Position numbers and translations under genes: made by a program
Part shown: positions 15,420 through 25,293 of the stretch, piece after piece
Layout of the letters: each line of letters opens with the position of its first letter
How positions within the stretch are numbered: the stretch's first letter is position 1
Source: a virus
Virus record (IMG/VR): IMGVR_UViG_3300029319_000004
Coordinates: 1-64,000 of that record
Direction: 5' to 3' (one strand)
Length of the DNA: 64,000 nucleotides
Notes under the pieces: generated by a model
Told to the model about the DNA's origin: nothing
Seen by the model: only the letters and a program-made list of their open reading frames with translations
The model's database searches: none

Positions 15420-16949
15420 ATGAAGCTTTTATTCGAAAACTGGAGGAGGTTCATAAATGAAGACGAGGATGATGAAGAAAACGTTCTTGATCTTTCAAAA
15501 GAGCTTGATTCTGGGTTTTGTGATTTTAATCCTCTGATTAATCAATATGCACAATATTCTCCTGATAGTCTAGCTGAAATGTTAATATTTGTTGTCGCTA
15601 CTCAGCAAATGCGCTGGTATGATGTTGTTCCAAAGTTTCCTATAATGATGCAGCATATACGCGATAATGATATGTTGTTGAACCCAAGAGATGCCAAAGT
15701 TAATGAAAAAGGAAAAACTGTTTATAATATTCCAAAAGCTTTTGCACAACTAACTTTAGGCTTTCGAAAGAATGCAATTCAATCGATATGGCAAAGTCGA
15801 GAAATGATATTTTCTACAATGTCTCCTCTTTTTGCTAAGTACAACGCAGCTAGTGGTAATTCTCTAGAGAAAGAAGAGGCGGTGTTTCAAATTTATTTAG
15901 AATTAATCAAGCTTCCAGGTCTTGGTTTACCGAAGGCTGCTTTTGCATCGCAGCTGTTAATTGGACGACTAGGCTGCATTGATTCTATTAATTTAAACCT
16001 TTATAAAGGATTGGATCCTGAAGGCAAACTTATTACCTATGACAGCAAGGGCCGACCAACTTTTAAAACACCAGGCGTATCTAAAAAAGCAGGGATTGTA
16101 CAAGTTACAAAAGGTGGTGTAAAATTAGCTAAAGAATATGTTCAATTTTTAAAACAAATTGCCAAGCTAACAGGATCTACAGAAGCTAGTATTTCTAGAA
16201 AATTATGGGATTCTTGGGTTGAATTAGTGGCTCTAAAAATTAATAAAAAAGGTGATATTAATGTTATAATGCCGGGTGGAGAAAAATTTACCGTTCCCAA
16301 TGACTATTCAAAAAATATTAAAGGAGCAGAAACAAATCCCTCTGCTGCGTTTCGTAAACAATACATAGGAAAAATTACACCACAAGATGTGTCTAGGCAG
16401 CATTTTCCAAAACAAATGTATGAGGGGCTACGTAAGTGGTCTAATTATGTTGATAGATTATTAAATGAAAATGTTGAAATAGCGCCCCGGGGATCCCTAG
16501 CTGGTACGGGAGGAGATATTGGCACAGCAGTCCCTGGATCGATTGCATACATAATGCAAAGTTTTAAAAAATATAATAATGATGCAGAACCCGACGACAA
16601 GAGAGTTGCAAAAGCAGTAATGCATAGGAATGGAAAAATTCTTCTTTTAGTAAATGATAGGGGCTACGATTTACCGGGTGGACATTTAAAAAGGGGAGAG
16701 CACCCCATTGCTGGTTTAAAAAGAGAAGTTGAAGAAGAAACAGGGTTAACAATTCCAACTCCCGAAATAAAGGATTTATTTTTCATAAAAGGAAACAAAA
16801 GATTTTATTCGTGTCCTTTTATGAGAGATGACATTGTTTTAAGCGATGAGCATTCCTCATATGAATTTGTCGATATTGATGATTTAGACTCAATAGAGAT
16901 ATCAAAAAGTTTCAGACAGGCGATAAAAAAAGCTTTAGGTGTTGAATAA
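15420..16949 (+). CDS. leader-bearing HhH-glycosylase-like + NUDIX hydrolase fusion
   Basis: HhH-like LIKLPGLGLPKA...GCID; NUDIX box GGHLKRGEHPIAGLKREVEEETGL. Confidence 0.7.
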   Translation: MKLLFENWRRFINEDEDDEENVLDLSKELDSGFCDFNPLINQYAQYSPDSLAEMLIFVVATQQMRWYDVVPKFPIMMQHIRDNDMLLNPRDAKVNEKGKTVYNIPKAFAQLTLGFRKNAIQSIWQSREMIFSTMSPLFAKYNAASGNSLEKEEAVFQIYLELIKLPGLGLPKAAFASQLLIGRLGCIDSINLNLYKGLDPEGKLITYDSKGRPTFKTPGVSKKAGIVQVTKGGVKLAKEYVQFLKQIAKLTGSTEASISRKLWDSWVELVALKINKKGDINVIMPGGEKFTVPNDYSKNIKGAETNPSAAFRKQYIGKITPQDVSRQHFPKQMYEGLRKWSNYVDRLLNENVEIAPRGSLAGTGGDIGTAVPGSIAYIMQSFKKYNNDAEPDDKRVAKAVMHRNGKILLLVNDRGYDLPGGHLKRGEHPIAGLKREVEEETGLTIPTPEIKDLFFIKGNKRFYSCPFMRDDIVLSDEHSSYEFVDIDDLDSIEISKSFRQAIKKALGVE

Positions 16950-17840
16950 ATGACAAAATCACAATTAAAATCAATTTTGATCCCTTTGATAGAAGATGTA
17001 CGCGCAAAACTTAGAGAGGCGTATTGTATTGATTCGGATGTTGATTGCAACAAAATAGGAAAAGCTAGGGTAATAAAGTATTCAAATATTTCATCTAACA
17101 ATCCAAAACAATATTATCATGATGTATATGTTCCCAAAATTGAATCAGCAATAAATACACCTGTAACCATTTACTCAGAATCCGCGATGACAACCAAGTA
17201 TGGTGTTCACCCCATGGGTTTTTTCGTTCAGAGAAAGATTATTGGTGTCTATGATGATATATTCTATTTGTATAAGGCAAAATATAACCCTAAGTCAATG
17301 AAAAACTTTCGTCCTTACTTAAAATATATTCTTTATCATGAATTTGGACACGCAATTGATGTAGCTCTAAACGACATATCGCAAACAGAAAAATATAAAT
17401 CTTCGATTAAAAAAGCTGCAAGAGGTGGAGTAATTTCAAACATGAACAGGAGTGATGCTGAATATTTTTCTCCTGATGAGGATTATGGCGTCTCTGAGCT
17501 TTGGGCTGAAATCTCTGCCATACAAGATCACTTTAATACTGCTTTTGTATTGAAAGATATAAAAAACTTATGTTTTGTAAAGAAAAATTATAAAAACGGC
17601 AACAGAATTTCCTGGAAAGAAGGTAGGCAAAAAGAAATTTTAAAACAAGCAGATCAAGCAAGGAAAAAAGGTAACTCACAAGAAGAATCACGACTTAAAG
17701 AACTAGCAAAAGAGTATGAAATAACAAAAGGTGATTTTTTATTACAGTCGCCGGCTGTACAAAGATTTTTAAATTGTAGTGACATGCCTGGTACACTGCA
17801 AAGATGGAAAACAATTGAATTGCAATTTAAAAAAGCATAA
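16950..17840 (+). CDS. zincin-like metallopeptidase
   Basis: LYHEFGHAID (HExxH) and downstream ELWAE. Confidence 0.6.
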   Translation: MTKSQLKSILIPLIEDVRAKLREAYCIDSDVDCNKIGKARVIKYSNISSNNPKQYYHDVYVPKIESAINTPVTIYSESAMTTKYGVHPMGFFVQRKIIGVYDDIFYLYKAKYNPKSMKNFRPYLKYILYHEFGHAIDVALNDISQTEKYKSSIKKAARGGVISNMNRSDAEYFSPDEDYGVSELWAEISAIQDHFNTAFVLKDIKNLCFVKKNYKNGNRISWKEGRQKEILKQADQARKKGNSQEESRLKELAKEYEITKGDFLLQSPAVQRFLNCSDMPGTLQRWKTIELQFKKA

Positions 17841-17860
17841 ATTAAAAACTATTTAAAGAC

Positions 17861-18250
17861 ATGAAACAAGAAACAAAACTACAATTACTTGATAAACTTA
17901 GAAAAGAAAATCCAGAACTTGTTAAAAAAATAATGACAGTAGAGGATTTATCTAATTATACAACCGAAAGAGAAGCATTTCGTGCGGCAAGAGGAAAAGG
18001 AATACTAAAATTTCTTTATACTGGTGCAGATGGAAAACGAAAACAAAAAACGACTCGTTTAAAAACAGAGACTGAAATGGCTCATTTAGAGGCCATGATT
18101 GAAAGAGCAAAAAAATCACAAACAACTGGTGAGCCTGCGGCAGAGCCCTTATTAGAGGCAAAAATAAGACCAAATGCTCTTAAGAAAATTATTCTTCAAG
18201 AAATTAATTCAGTCATTTCTGATATTTTGAAAAAAAAGAAAAATGCTTAA
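17861..18250 (+). CDS. hypothetical protein with internal leader-like segment
   Basis: KIRPNALKKIILQEI near the C-terminus. Confidence 0.55.
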   Translation: MKQETKLQLLDKLRKENPELVKKIMTVEDLSNYTTEREAFRAARGKGILKFLYTGADGKRKQKTTRLKTETEMAHLEAMIERAKKSQTTGEPAAEPLLEAKIRPNALKKIILQEINSVISDILKKKKNA

Positions 18251-18803
18251 AAAATGGAAACAGTTTTTATCTGAATCTAAACTTCGTATTTTTGATTTTG
18301 ATGATACTTTAGTCAAAACTGACGCACGTGTTATAGTCACATATCCAGACGGAAAAGAAGAAAGCTTGACGCCTGGTGAATATGCAGTACACGAAATTGA
18401 CGAAGAAAATGAATACGACTTTAGTCAGTTCGAACAATCAAATCTTATAAACCCAAGAGAGATTGAAAAGGTTACAAACGTATTAAGAAATGTTCTAGGT
18501 GCTTCCGGTGACAGAGATATTGTTATTTTAACGGCTAGACCACCATCTTCGCAAAATGCAATATTAGACTATTTAAAAGAAATAGGTATTGATAGCCAGA
18601 CAATTGAGATTGTCCTTTTAAATTCATCAGATCCATATTCTAAATCAAACTGGATTGAGAATAAGATAGTTGATGGAGCTAACGACATATTATTTCTTGA
18701 TGATTCTGGCAAAAATGTCGACGCAGTAAAAGAGCTAAAAGCTAAATATCCAAATATTAAGCTTGATGCTAGAAAAGTCGACTATGCAGAGGAGATAGAA
18801 TAA
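18243..18803 (+). CDS. HAD-family phosphatase with CTS-like leader
   Basis: IFDFDDTL (motif I), ILTAR (II), LFLDDSGKN (IV); MLKKWKQFLSE. Confidence 0.8.
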   Translation: MLKKWKQFLSESKLRIFDFDDTLVKTDARVIVTYPDGKEESLTPGEYAVHEIDEENEYDFSQFEQSNLINPREIEKVTNVLRNVLGASGDRDIVILTARPPSSQNAILDYLKEIGIDSQTIEIVLLNSSDPYSKSNWIENKIVDGANDILFLDDSGKNVDAVKELKAKYPNIKLDARKVDYAEEIE

Positions 18804-19664
18804 ATGGGATGGCTCACAAACAGATATAATAAAAAAACATCAAAAAAATACGGTTGGCTACCTTCTTGGTTTGGAGAGGATTTAGATAGCTTTGATTCAG
18901 ATTTAGAAGCAGCGATTAAAGCTTTTCAAAAAGACCATGATTTAAGTGCAGATGGAAAAGTCGGACCTATGACTTATAGAAGGGTGCTTCTAGCAAGACA
19001 AGTGGAAGAAGAAGAAAACAATCTTGTTGACTACATTTTAGTTAATGGCTCAAAAATTCATCTTGGTTGGGATGTTAAAATAAATTTGATGTCTAAAAAA
19101 TGTTATAGAACCTGGAAGAGAGAAAGAAGTCCAAACATGATCGTTACTCATTGGGACGCTACGACTTCAGCAGATAGATGCAAGCGAGTTTTAGAAAACA
19201 GAAATATCTCAACTCACTTTTGCATTGATAACGACGGTGTAATTCATCAATACGTCGACACTAACCATGTTGCTTGGCATGCTGGCAGAGTAAATTCAAA
19301 ATCTATAGGAATTGATTTTTCTAACGCTTATTATTTAAAGTACGCTGACTACTACGTAAAAAAAGGGCTCACAAAACGTCCCATCTGCAAAGACAGTGTT
19401 GTACATGGTGTTAAGCTTAAGCCTCATCTTGGATACTATAATGTTCAAATTGGAGCTTATAAAAAACTGCTTAATGTTTTGTGTGATCATTATGATATAA
19501 ATATAGATACCCCAAGAACAAAGTCAGGAGGCTTGTATACTGGAGTCGTCAAAGAAGCCGCAAATGGTAAATATAATGGGGTTGTTTGCCATTATCATTT
19601 AACAAGAGGAAAGATTGATTGCGCAGGTCTTAAGCTTGATAAGATTGTTGATGAGTTGAATTAA
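18804..19664 (+). CDS. endolysin: peptidoglycan-binding domain + N-acetylmuramoyl-L-alanine amidase
   Basis: AAIKAFQKDHDLSADGKVGPMT (PG_binding_1); IVTHWDA, STHFCID, AWHAG, SIGID (Amidase_2). Confidence 0.85.
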   Translation: MGWLTNRYNKKTSKKYGWLPSWFGEDLDSFDSDLEAAIKAFQKDHDLSADGKVGPMTYRRVLLARQVEEEENNLVDYILVNGSKIHLGWDVKINLMSKKCYRTWKRERSPNMIVTHWDATTSADRCKRVLENRNISTHFCIDNDGVIHQYVDTNHVAWHAGRVNSKSIGIDFSNAYYLKYADYYVKKGLTKRPICKDSVVHGVKLKPHLGYYNVQIGAYKKLLNVLCDHYDINIDTPRTKSGGLYTGVVKEAANGKYNGVVCHYHLTRGKIDCAGLKLDKIVDELN

Positions 19665-19839
19665 CCACTTCTATTTTTTTTGGAGAGGTAACTTTTTTTA
19701 AAGCATATCTTTTTGATATATTTTCGTTTAACCAAAATATTTCTAAGTGATCTGTTGCCCATTTTCTCATTATAATTCCAAGGGGTTTTTCTTTCGTGGA
19801 CAACATTCCCCTAAGCGTAACTAAATCGCCTACGTTCAT
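19630..19839 (-). CDS. small KOW/SH3-like hypothetical protein
   Basis: MNVGDLVTL...LGII...IFW pattern; GGAG RBS on the minus strand. Confidence 0.55.
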   Translation of the reverse strand: MNVGDLVTLRGMLSTKEKPLGIIMRKWATDHLEIFWLNENISKRYALKKVTSPKKIEVVNSTHQQSYQA

Positions 19840-19882
19840 TAGAGTTTCTCCGCACTATTTATTTTCAGGAGCATCTTGTAAA

Positions 19883-20092
19883 ATGCGTAAAACAAAATTT
19901 TGTGATAAATTTTTAATCTTATCAATAATGTTTTTTATAACTAGTTTGTTCATGGGTTCGTCTAGCGCCGGAGATGAAACAAAAAAGTCTGAAGAGTCTG
20001 TTGAGATACCTCAAATTCAACAACAACAGCAAATAATACACGAGAAGCTTACTAAGATAGAAACTAGTCTTAAACAAAATATTAGTGACTAA
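19883..20092 (+). CDS. small secreted/membrane protein
   Basis: Hydrophobic N-terminal segment FLILSIMFFITSLF; ATG 19883 chosen. Confidence 0.5.
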   Translation: MRKTKFCDKFLILSIMFFITSLFMGSSSAGDETKKSEESVEIPQIQQQQQIIHEKLTKIETSLKQNISD

Positions 20093-20100
20093 TTAACGTT

Positions 20101-20343
20101 ATGAGTCAATCTAATCAAGTTAGCACAATCAGGGACTGGTTTACTTTTGCTGTAGCCATAGTGGTCGCTATAGCCGGTGTTATTTTCTGGGTCCAGTCTG
20201 CCAGCAATCACAAATTTGAAAATGTCGAAAAAGAAATTTCTGAATTAAAAAGTGAAATTTCAAAAATTCGAGAGGACAACAGTAAAATTTTACGTGTTGT
20301 TGGCCGACTGGAAGGTCGCATTGGTCGATTAAAAAATAATTAA
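20101..20343 (+). CDS. membrane-anchored coiled-coil protein (possible lysis accessory)
   Basis: TM segment WFTFAVAIVVAIAGVIFWV plus coiled coil; close to the endolysin. Confidence 0.5.
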   Translation: MSQSNQVSTIRDWFTFAVAIVVAIAGVIFWVQSASNHKFENVEKEISELKSEISKIREDNSKILRVVGRLEGRIGRLKNN

Positions 20344-20550
20344 TTATTTAGACCAATTTACTAAAAGTGACAAAAATTGAGTTGTCGCATTTAGTGTGGC
20401 TGTGCCAGCCAGCAAGCTTCCTCCTCCACACAGAGCTATGAGAAATAGATCTCCAACTATACCCGCGTAGAAGAAAAATAGAAAAAATAACATAATTGTA
20501 ATTGTTGCAATTACAATACCTGGATTCAATTTTGATTTTTTGTTTGTCAT
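20344..20550 (-). CDS. small membrane protein
   Basis: Two hydrophobic segments; AAGGAAGGA RBS. Confidence 0.55.
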   Translation of the reverse strand: MTNKKSKLNPGIVIATITIMLFFLFFFYAGIVGDLFLIALCGGGSLLAGTATLNATTQFLSLLVNWSK

Positions 20551-20568
20551 TATCCTTCCTTTGTTTAA

Positions 20569-20596
20569 AATATAGGCAAATTTGTAATATAGTCAA
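20569..20596 (-). promoter_or_regulatory. sigma70-like promoter
   Basis: TTGACT-N16-TATATT on the minus strand, upstream of the ATG at 20550. Confidence 0.5.
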
Positions 20597-20619
20597 GCAA
20601 AATAAAACTATTTATAATT

Positions 20620-21558
20620 ATGAATATTAAATCACTGGTTAACATCAACGACTCTCTCAACCCTAAACTATGGAATGCCGACGCTCTTAAGGAGCCTGTC
20701 AGAGGTAAATTAATAGAAATAGCTAATGAATTTTACGATAATTTAGATGTTCTAAAAAAAGCTTTGATTGATATTACGTTTACAGGTTCGTTAGCAAATT
20801 ACAATTACAATAATTCGTCTGACATAGACTTGCACTTAATAGTTGATTTTTCAAAAATAGATAACAACAAATTTTTAGTTGGTGAATATTTCAAAGCTAT
20901 GAGCACAAATTGGAATAAAATGCACGAAATAAAAATAAAAGGCTATGAAGTAGAAATTTATGTGCAGGATAGCGCCGAGCCCCACCATTCAACTGGTGTA
21001 TTTTCTTTATTGTCCAATAGCTGGACTAATAAGCCAGCTAAAAAAGAATTCAAACCAGACATGGAAGTAATTGACAAAAAAATAGATAATTTTGTTGAAA
21101 TGATTGATCATGTAGAAGAGCTTTATGACGATAAAAGTTATGAAGACGCTCATGAATTATCAAAAAAAATAATGAGTAAAATTAAAAAATTTCGTAAATC
21201 AGGCCTTGAAAGTGAAGGAGAGCTGTCTAACGAAAACATAGTTTTTAAATATCTAAGAAATAATAATGTTATTAAAACGTTAATAGATATGAGAAATATG
21301 TCATATGATAAGTTAATGTCTCTAAACGGAAATCCAGAAAAAATGTTTAAAGTATACTTATCTACAAGAGAAAAAAATAAAAGTTTTAATCGTTTAAACG
21401 AGTTAGAAAGATATCAAAGAAAAGTAAAACGCGGTCATATGAAAATGAAACGAAGAATAATTGGCACAGGTAAGCAAACAAAAGGTTCAAGCCCTTACAA
21501 AAAAAAGCCGTCTTTTAAAAGAGCAAAATCGGCGCCGCCTGGTGCAGGAGGATCTTAG
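20620..21558 (+). CDS. Pol-beta superfamily nucleotidyltransferase
   Basis: TGSLANYNY..SDIDLH (GS-x-DxD) and EVEIYVQD; basic C-terminal tail. Confidence 0.75.
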   Translation: MNIKSLVNINDSLNPKLWNADALKEPVRGKLIEIANEFYDNLDVLKKALIDITFTGSLANYNYNNSSDIDLHLIVDFSKIDNNKFLVGEYFKAMSTNWNKMHEIKIKGYEVEIYVQDSAEPHHSTGVFSLLSNSWTNKPAKKEFKPDMEVIDKKIDNFVEMIDHVEELYDDKSYEDAHELSKKIMSKIKKFRKSGLESEGELSNENIVFKYLRNNNVIKTLIDMRNMSYDKLMSLNGNPEKMFKVYLSTREKNKSFNRLNELERYQRKVKRGHMKMKRRIIGTGKQTKGSSPYKKKPSFKRAKSAPPGAGGS

Positions 21559-21559
21559 A

Positions 21560-22642
21560 ATGGCAGTAAAAGTTGTTGATGGTAGCAGTGTGCATAGAAA
21601 TTTTGATGGAATATTAAAATCTTTTCTTCCATATGCAAAAGACAAGCTAGGGTATAACAAACCAGTTGATATACAGCTAGTATCGGATCCTCACAATGCA
21701 AAAGATCCATTTGGAAAAACTGCTTACTATGACCCAAGCTTAATGAAGATAACTGTTTTTGTTGATAAGCGACATGTAAAAGATATTTTAAGATCAATTT
21801 CACATGAGCTAGTTCATCATAAACAAAACTGTGAAGGTAGGTTATACTCACCAGCAGGTGAAGGTTATGCGCAAAATGATCCTAATTTAAGAGAAATGGA
21901 AGCGGAAGCCTATTTAGAAGGTAACGGATTTCTTGTTAGAGATTTTGAAGACAAACTCAAAGGAGACAAACAAATGAGAAGCAGAGTCTTGGATGAAAAA
22001 ATTAAAAAAACTGTAAGAAAAATAATTGCAGAAGTTAATAAAATAGCAGAACAAGATGCTATGGAAATGGGTAATGAGCCTGCAGGTTCTATGGAGGATG
22101 ATTCTATTCAAGCAGCTTTAGAGCCTATTGTTGGCGCTGACAAAGTTGCAGAAGTTATGGCTGCTCTTGCTTCAGCTGGAGTTGAGCTTCCAATGAAAGA
22201 AGCTGATGTAAAAAATCCAGGACCCTACATTGATGGACCTAGGGCGAAAGCTGGTGTTGATGATGATGGTGATGGGGTTCCAAACAAAGCAGATAAAAAC
22301 TCCACCGATGGTGATATTCAAGAAAAAATGAAAAAAGATTCTCCTGACCGTCGACCTTCTGATACTCCTTCTGATCGTCTTAGACCGCTGGAGGAGAAAG
22401 ATGACAAAAAGGATGTCGAAGATGAAGAGCAGTACAATCTTCGCACTGCAAAATCTGTAGGCGAGAAAAAGCCAAAAGAAAAAAAGAAGCAGGTTGCAAA
22501 AGATGAGGGCCTTAAAGAAGATATGCATGAAGAGGACGAGGATGTTAAAGAAGGTCCCGCTGTATACATGCAAGAAAACTGGGTGCGCAAACCCTTAAAC
22601 GAGAGAATTTACAAAACACTAATCAAAAAATGGTGTAAATAA
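21560..22642 (+). CDS. zincin-like protein with acidic low-complexity C-terminus
   Basis: SHELVHHKQ (HExxH) and EAEAY; ATG 21560 chosen. Confidence 0.6.
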   Translation: MAVKVVDGSSVHRNFDGILKSFLPYAKDKLGYNKPVDIQLVSDPHNAKDPFGKTAYYDPSLMKITVFVDKRHVKDILRSISHELVHHKQNCEGRLYSPAGEGYAQNDPNLREMEAEAYLEGNGFLVRDFEDKLKGDKQMRSRVLDEKIKKTVRKIIAEVNKIAEQDAMEMGNEPAGSMEDDSIQAALEPIVGADKVAEVMAALASAGVELPMKEADVKNPGPYIDGPRAKAGVDDDGDGVPNKADKNSTDGDIQEKMKKDSPDRRPSDTPSDRLRPLEEKDDKKDVEDEEQYNLRTAKSVGEKKPKEKKKQVAKDEGLKEDMHEEDEDVKEGPAVYMQENWVRKPLNERIYKTLIKKWCK

Positions 22643-22653
22643 GGAGACTAATC

Positions 22654-22962
22654 ATGGCTAACCCCAGAAGAAGAAAACAAAGAAAACTTGCTAGACTGAA
22701 AGCTGTTAGAGTCAAGCAAGGACAAAGCTTAAGAGAGGCGATTGCAGAGGCTCAAGAGCCAGAAACTGCGCCGCCTGCTAAGCCAGAACCAAAGCCAGAG
22801 CCTGCACCTGAACCAGAGCCTGCAGATAAGCCTTCTGTTTCTGATGCTCCAGAGGCACCAAAGGTAAAAAAAAGTGCAAAGGCAAAGCCTGCTCCAAAGA
22901 AGGCTGCTCTAAAGAAATCTGCGCCAAAATCAGCATCAAAAAAAGCTAAAAAAGAGGAATAA
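22654..22962 (+). CDS. Pro/Ala/Lys-rich histone H1-like protein
   Basis: PEPKPEPAPEPEP linker; PAPKKAALKKSAPKSASKKAKK tail; AAGGAG RBS. Confidence 0.55.
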   Translation: MANPRRRKQRKLARLKAVRVKQGQSLREAIAEAQEPETAPPAKPEPKPEPAPEPEPADKPSVSDAPEAPKVKKSAKAKPAPKKAALKKSAPKSASKKAKKEE

Positions 22963-22965
22963 AAC

Positions 22966-25293
22966 ATGGGCGGAGGATCTGGTGGACACATGTGGCATCC
23001 ATTTGATTGCCCTGATGTAAAAACTGGTAAAGACCTACTACTGACGTTTGAAAAAAGCGCAGAGTGGTTAAGTCAGAACGCCGCGTCTCTTAAAGTTGAT
23101 GGTGCTAATTTAAGTTTTCGTCTTATAAAGAACCCTAAAATGTCAACAGGATATGAGTTTGCTGTTGACAGAGGATCAACTTCTGGAGCTGCAGGGCCTT
23201 ATGATCTTGCTGGTGTTACAGCAAGGACTGCACACTTGCGCTTTGTTAACAAAAAAGACCCAAGCAAGCCACATGGTATGGTTGATGCTACTAGTAATCT
23301 TTTGAGTATTTTTAATCGAGCGCTTCCTTCTATCTTAGAAGAGCTAGAAAAAATTGGAATGCTAAAAGATGAAAACATGGGTCCTGAAGGATTATATTTT
23401 AACACTGAATATGTCAATATGGAAACTAATGTTAAAAAATATCCTTTTAATTTTATAGCACTTCATGGAGTAAGAAGGTTTAAGAGAGTTACTCCAAAGA
23501 AAAGAGCTTTCGAAGAAGTTTCACTACCTCAAGCTGTTATTGATTCTATTGCAAAAAAAGCACATGTGTGGGGTCAACAACACAATCCTCCTTTTAAAGT
23601 ATATGGAAACATACCAACTAATCTTAGCAAAAAACCGGACTGGAGGTCGACACTTAAAAAACAATTAGAAATTAATTTTGGAATACCTTCAGATGCCGAT
23701 GAAAACGAAAATCAAAAACCTATCAAAAAAACAGATAGTTTAGAAAATTGGCTTATCAATATTAAAAAAAATCCCATTAGGGATGTTGTGTCACTTAAGC
23801 CTGAAGCCGCAGAAAAACTAAGAATTCCAAGTTCTCAATTTCCAAATGCAAAAAAAATATATATGGCTGTTTTATCTGGCGCGCCACTTTTAGGCCCAGG
23901 AGGGTTAGTAAGCACTGTTGAGGATGCCGGTAAGATAGCTGATTGCACAGCTATGTGGGAAGCAACAAGAGTTGTTGGAAATGAATTTTTAGACGCATCA
24001 GAATCTGAAGATTTTGGGCCTCTTGTTAGAAGTCAAGGCGACGGAAAAGGAAAAGAAAGAGATCAAGAAGAGGGAATACGAATAGATCCTCAAGGTTGGT
24101 GTGGTAATACTTCATTTAAGTATTCTGGCCAATTTATTATAGATAATCTTTCTAGTGGCTTCGGTGTGTCTGAGAGTCTCTTGCGCGAGCAACAAGAAGG
24201 ATCACCCATAAAAAAAGTTATTGCTATTTACCCAGGTCGTTTTCACCCTCCCGGCAGACATCATGCTGCTGCATACAACTGGCTAAAGTCAAACTTTGGT
24301 GAAGAAGAAACTTATATTGCTACATCTGATAAAGTTGTTCCACCAAAATCTCCTTTTACGTTTGAAGAAAAAGAAATAATATGGTCTGGACATGGTGTAC
24401 CATCCGAGCGCGTTGTGAGAGTAAAAAATCCATATAAGGCTCAGGAAGTTTTAAATCAACATGATCCAGAAACTACTGCAGTCGTGTACATGGTGGGATC
24501 AAAAGACATGAAAGAAGATCCAAGATTTAGCAATGTTGGTGGAACTTTAAAGAGTGGCCGAGCCGCCTATTTAAAATCATTTGAAGAAGAAAAGCAAAAT
24601 CTACAACCTTTGTCCAAACATGGTTATTTAATTGAAGCCCCTCACATGTCTTTAGCTGTTCCTGGGTATGGAGAGATGTCTGGTACTACATTAAGACAAT
24701 TTTTAGCAGATTCTGATGCTGATGCGTTTAAAGCAGTTATGGGATTTTATGATGATCAAATTCATGAAATGATTAAAAAAGTCCTGAAGGAGGGAGAATC
24801 CAGATCAAATTTTTTAACAATGGAGTCCCTATTTTCTTTGGTTGACGAACTATTGTTAGAAAAACAAAGCATGTCTGATAAAGTTAGTAAAAAAATAAGT
24901 TATTTAATGAAAAAAGAAAAAAAACCACAGGATCAAGCAGTAGCGATTGCATTAAGCATGCGCGATAGAGGCGAGTTAGCAGAGCAAGAGCTAAATGAAC
25001 TAGATGTGGAAAAGGCAGAAGAGCAAATTACAAATATAATGGCTCGTCTTATGATGCAAGACCCTCAGCTTAAACAGTTGCCGGCGGATAGAATAACAGC
25101 AGCAGCAAGAGAGTTAGGTGAAATGTCTGCTGAGCAATTAGAACAAATAGCAAACACAGAAGCACCATCTGCTGATCAAAAAGCTTCTCAAATTGCACAA
25201 GATCTTAAAAGTGAAGCCTCTGGCGCAGGCGGCGGAGGAGTATCTGGATATGGGGCGCCCGCGTTTAGAAGAAGGAGAAAAACAAATGAATAA
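22966..25293 (+). CDS. ligase-like (KxDG) domain + cytidylyltransferase-like domain fusion
   Basis: SLKVDGANLSF; IAIYPGRFHPPGRHH (HIGH-like) and EMSGTTLR (KMSKS-like). Confidence 0.6.
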   Translation: MGGGSGGHMWHPFDCPDVKTGKDLLLTFEKSAEWLSQNAASLKVDGANLSFRLIKNPKMSTGYEFAVDRGSTSGAAGPYDLAGVTARTAHLRFVNKKDPSKPHGMVDATSNLLSIFNRALPSILEELEKIGMLKDENMGPEGLYFNTEYVNMETNVKKYPFNFIALHGVRRFKRVTPKKRAFEEVSLPQAVIDSIAKKAHVWGQQHNPPFKVYGNIPTNLSKKPDWRSTLKKQLEINFGIPSDADENENQKPIKKTDSLENWLINIKKNPIRDVVSLKPEAAEKLRIPSSQFPNAKKIYMAVLSGAPLLGPGGLVSTVEDAGKIADCTAMWEATRVVGNEFLDASESEDFGPLVRSQGDGKGKERDQEEGIRIDPQGWCGNTSFKYSGQFIIDNLSSGFGVSESLLREQQEGSPIKKVIAIYPGRFHPPGRHHAAAYNWLKSNFGEEETYIATSDKVVPPKSPFTFEEKEIIWSGHGVPSERVVRVKNPYKAQEVLNQHDPETTAVVYMVGSKDMKEDPRFSNVGGTLKSGRAAYLKSFEEEKQNLQPLSKHGYLIEAPHMSLAVPGYGEMSGTTLRQFLADSDADAFKAVMGFYDDQIHEMIKKVLKEGESRSNFLTMESLFSLVDELLLEKQSMSDKVSKKISYLMKKEKKPQDQAVAIALSMRDRGELAEQELNELDVEKAEEQITNIMARLMMQDPQLKQLPADRITAAARELGEMSAEQLEQIANTEAPSADQKASQIAQDLKSEASGAGGGGVSGYGAPAFRRRRKTNE

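Noticed and set aside
20605-20616. T4 late promoter TATAAATA
   Set aside because: It appears only as the reverse complement of AACTATTTATA. The conserved orientation relative to genes is CTANTTA, so it is treated as a distinct motif.
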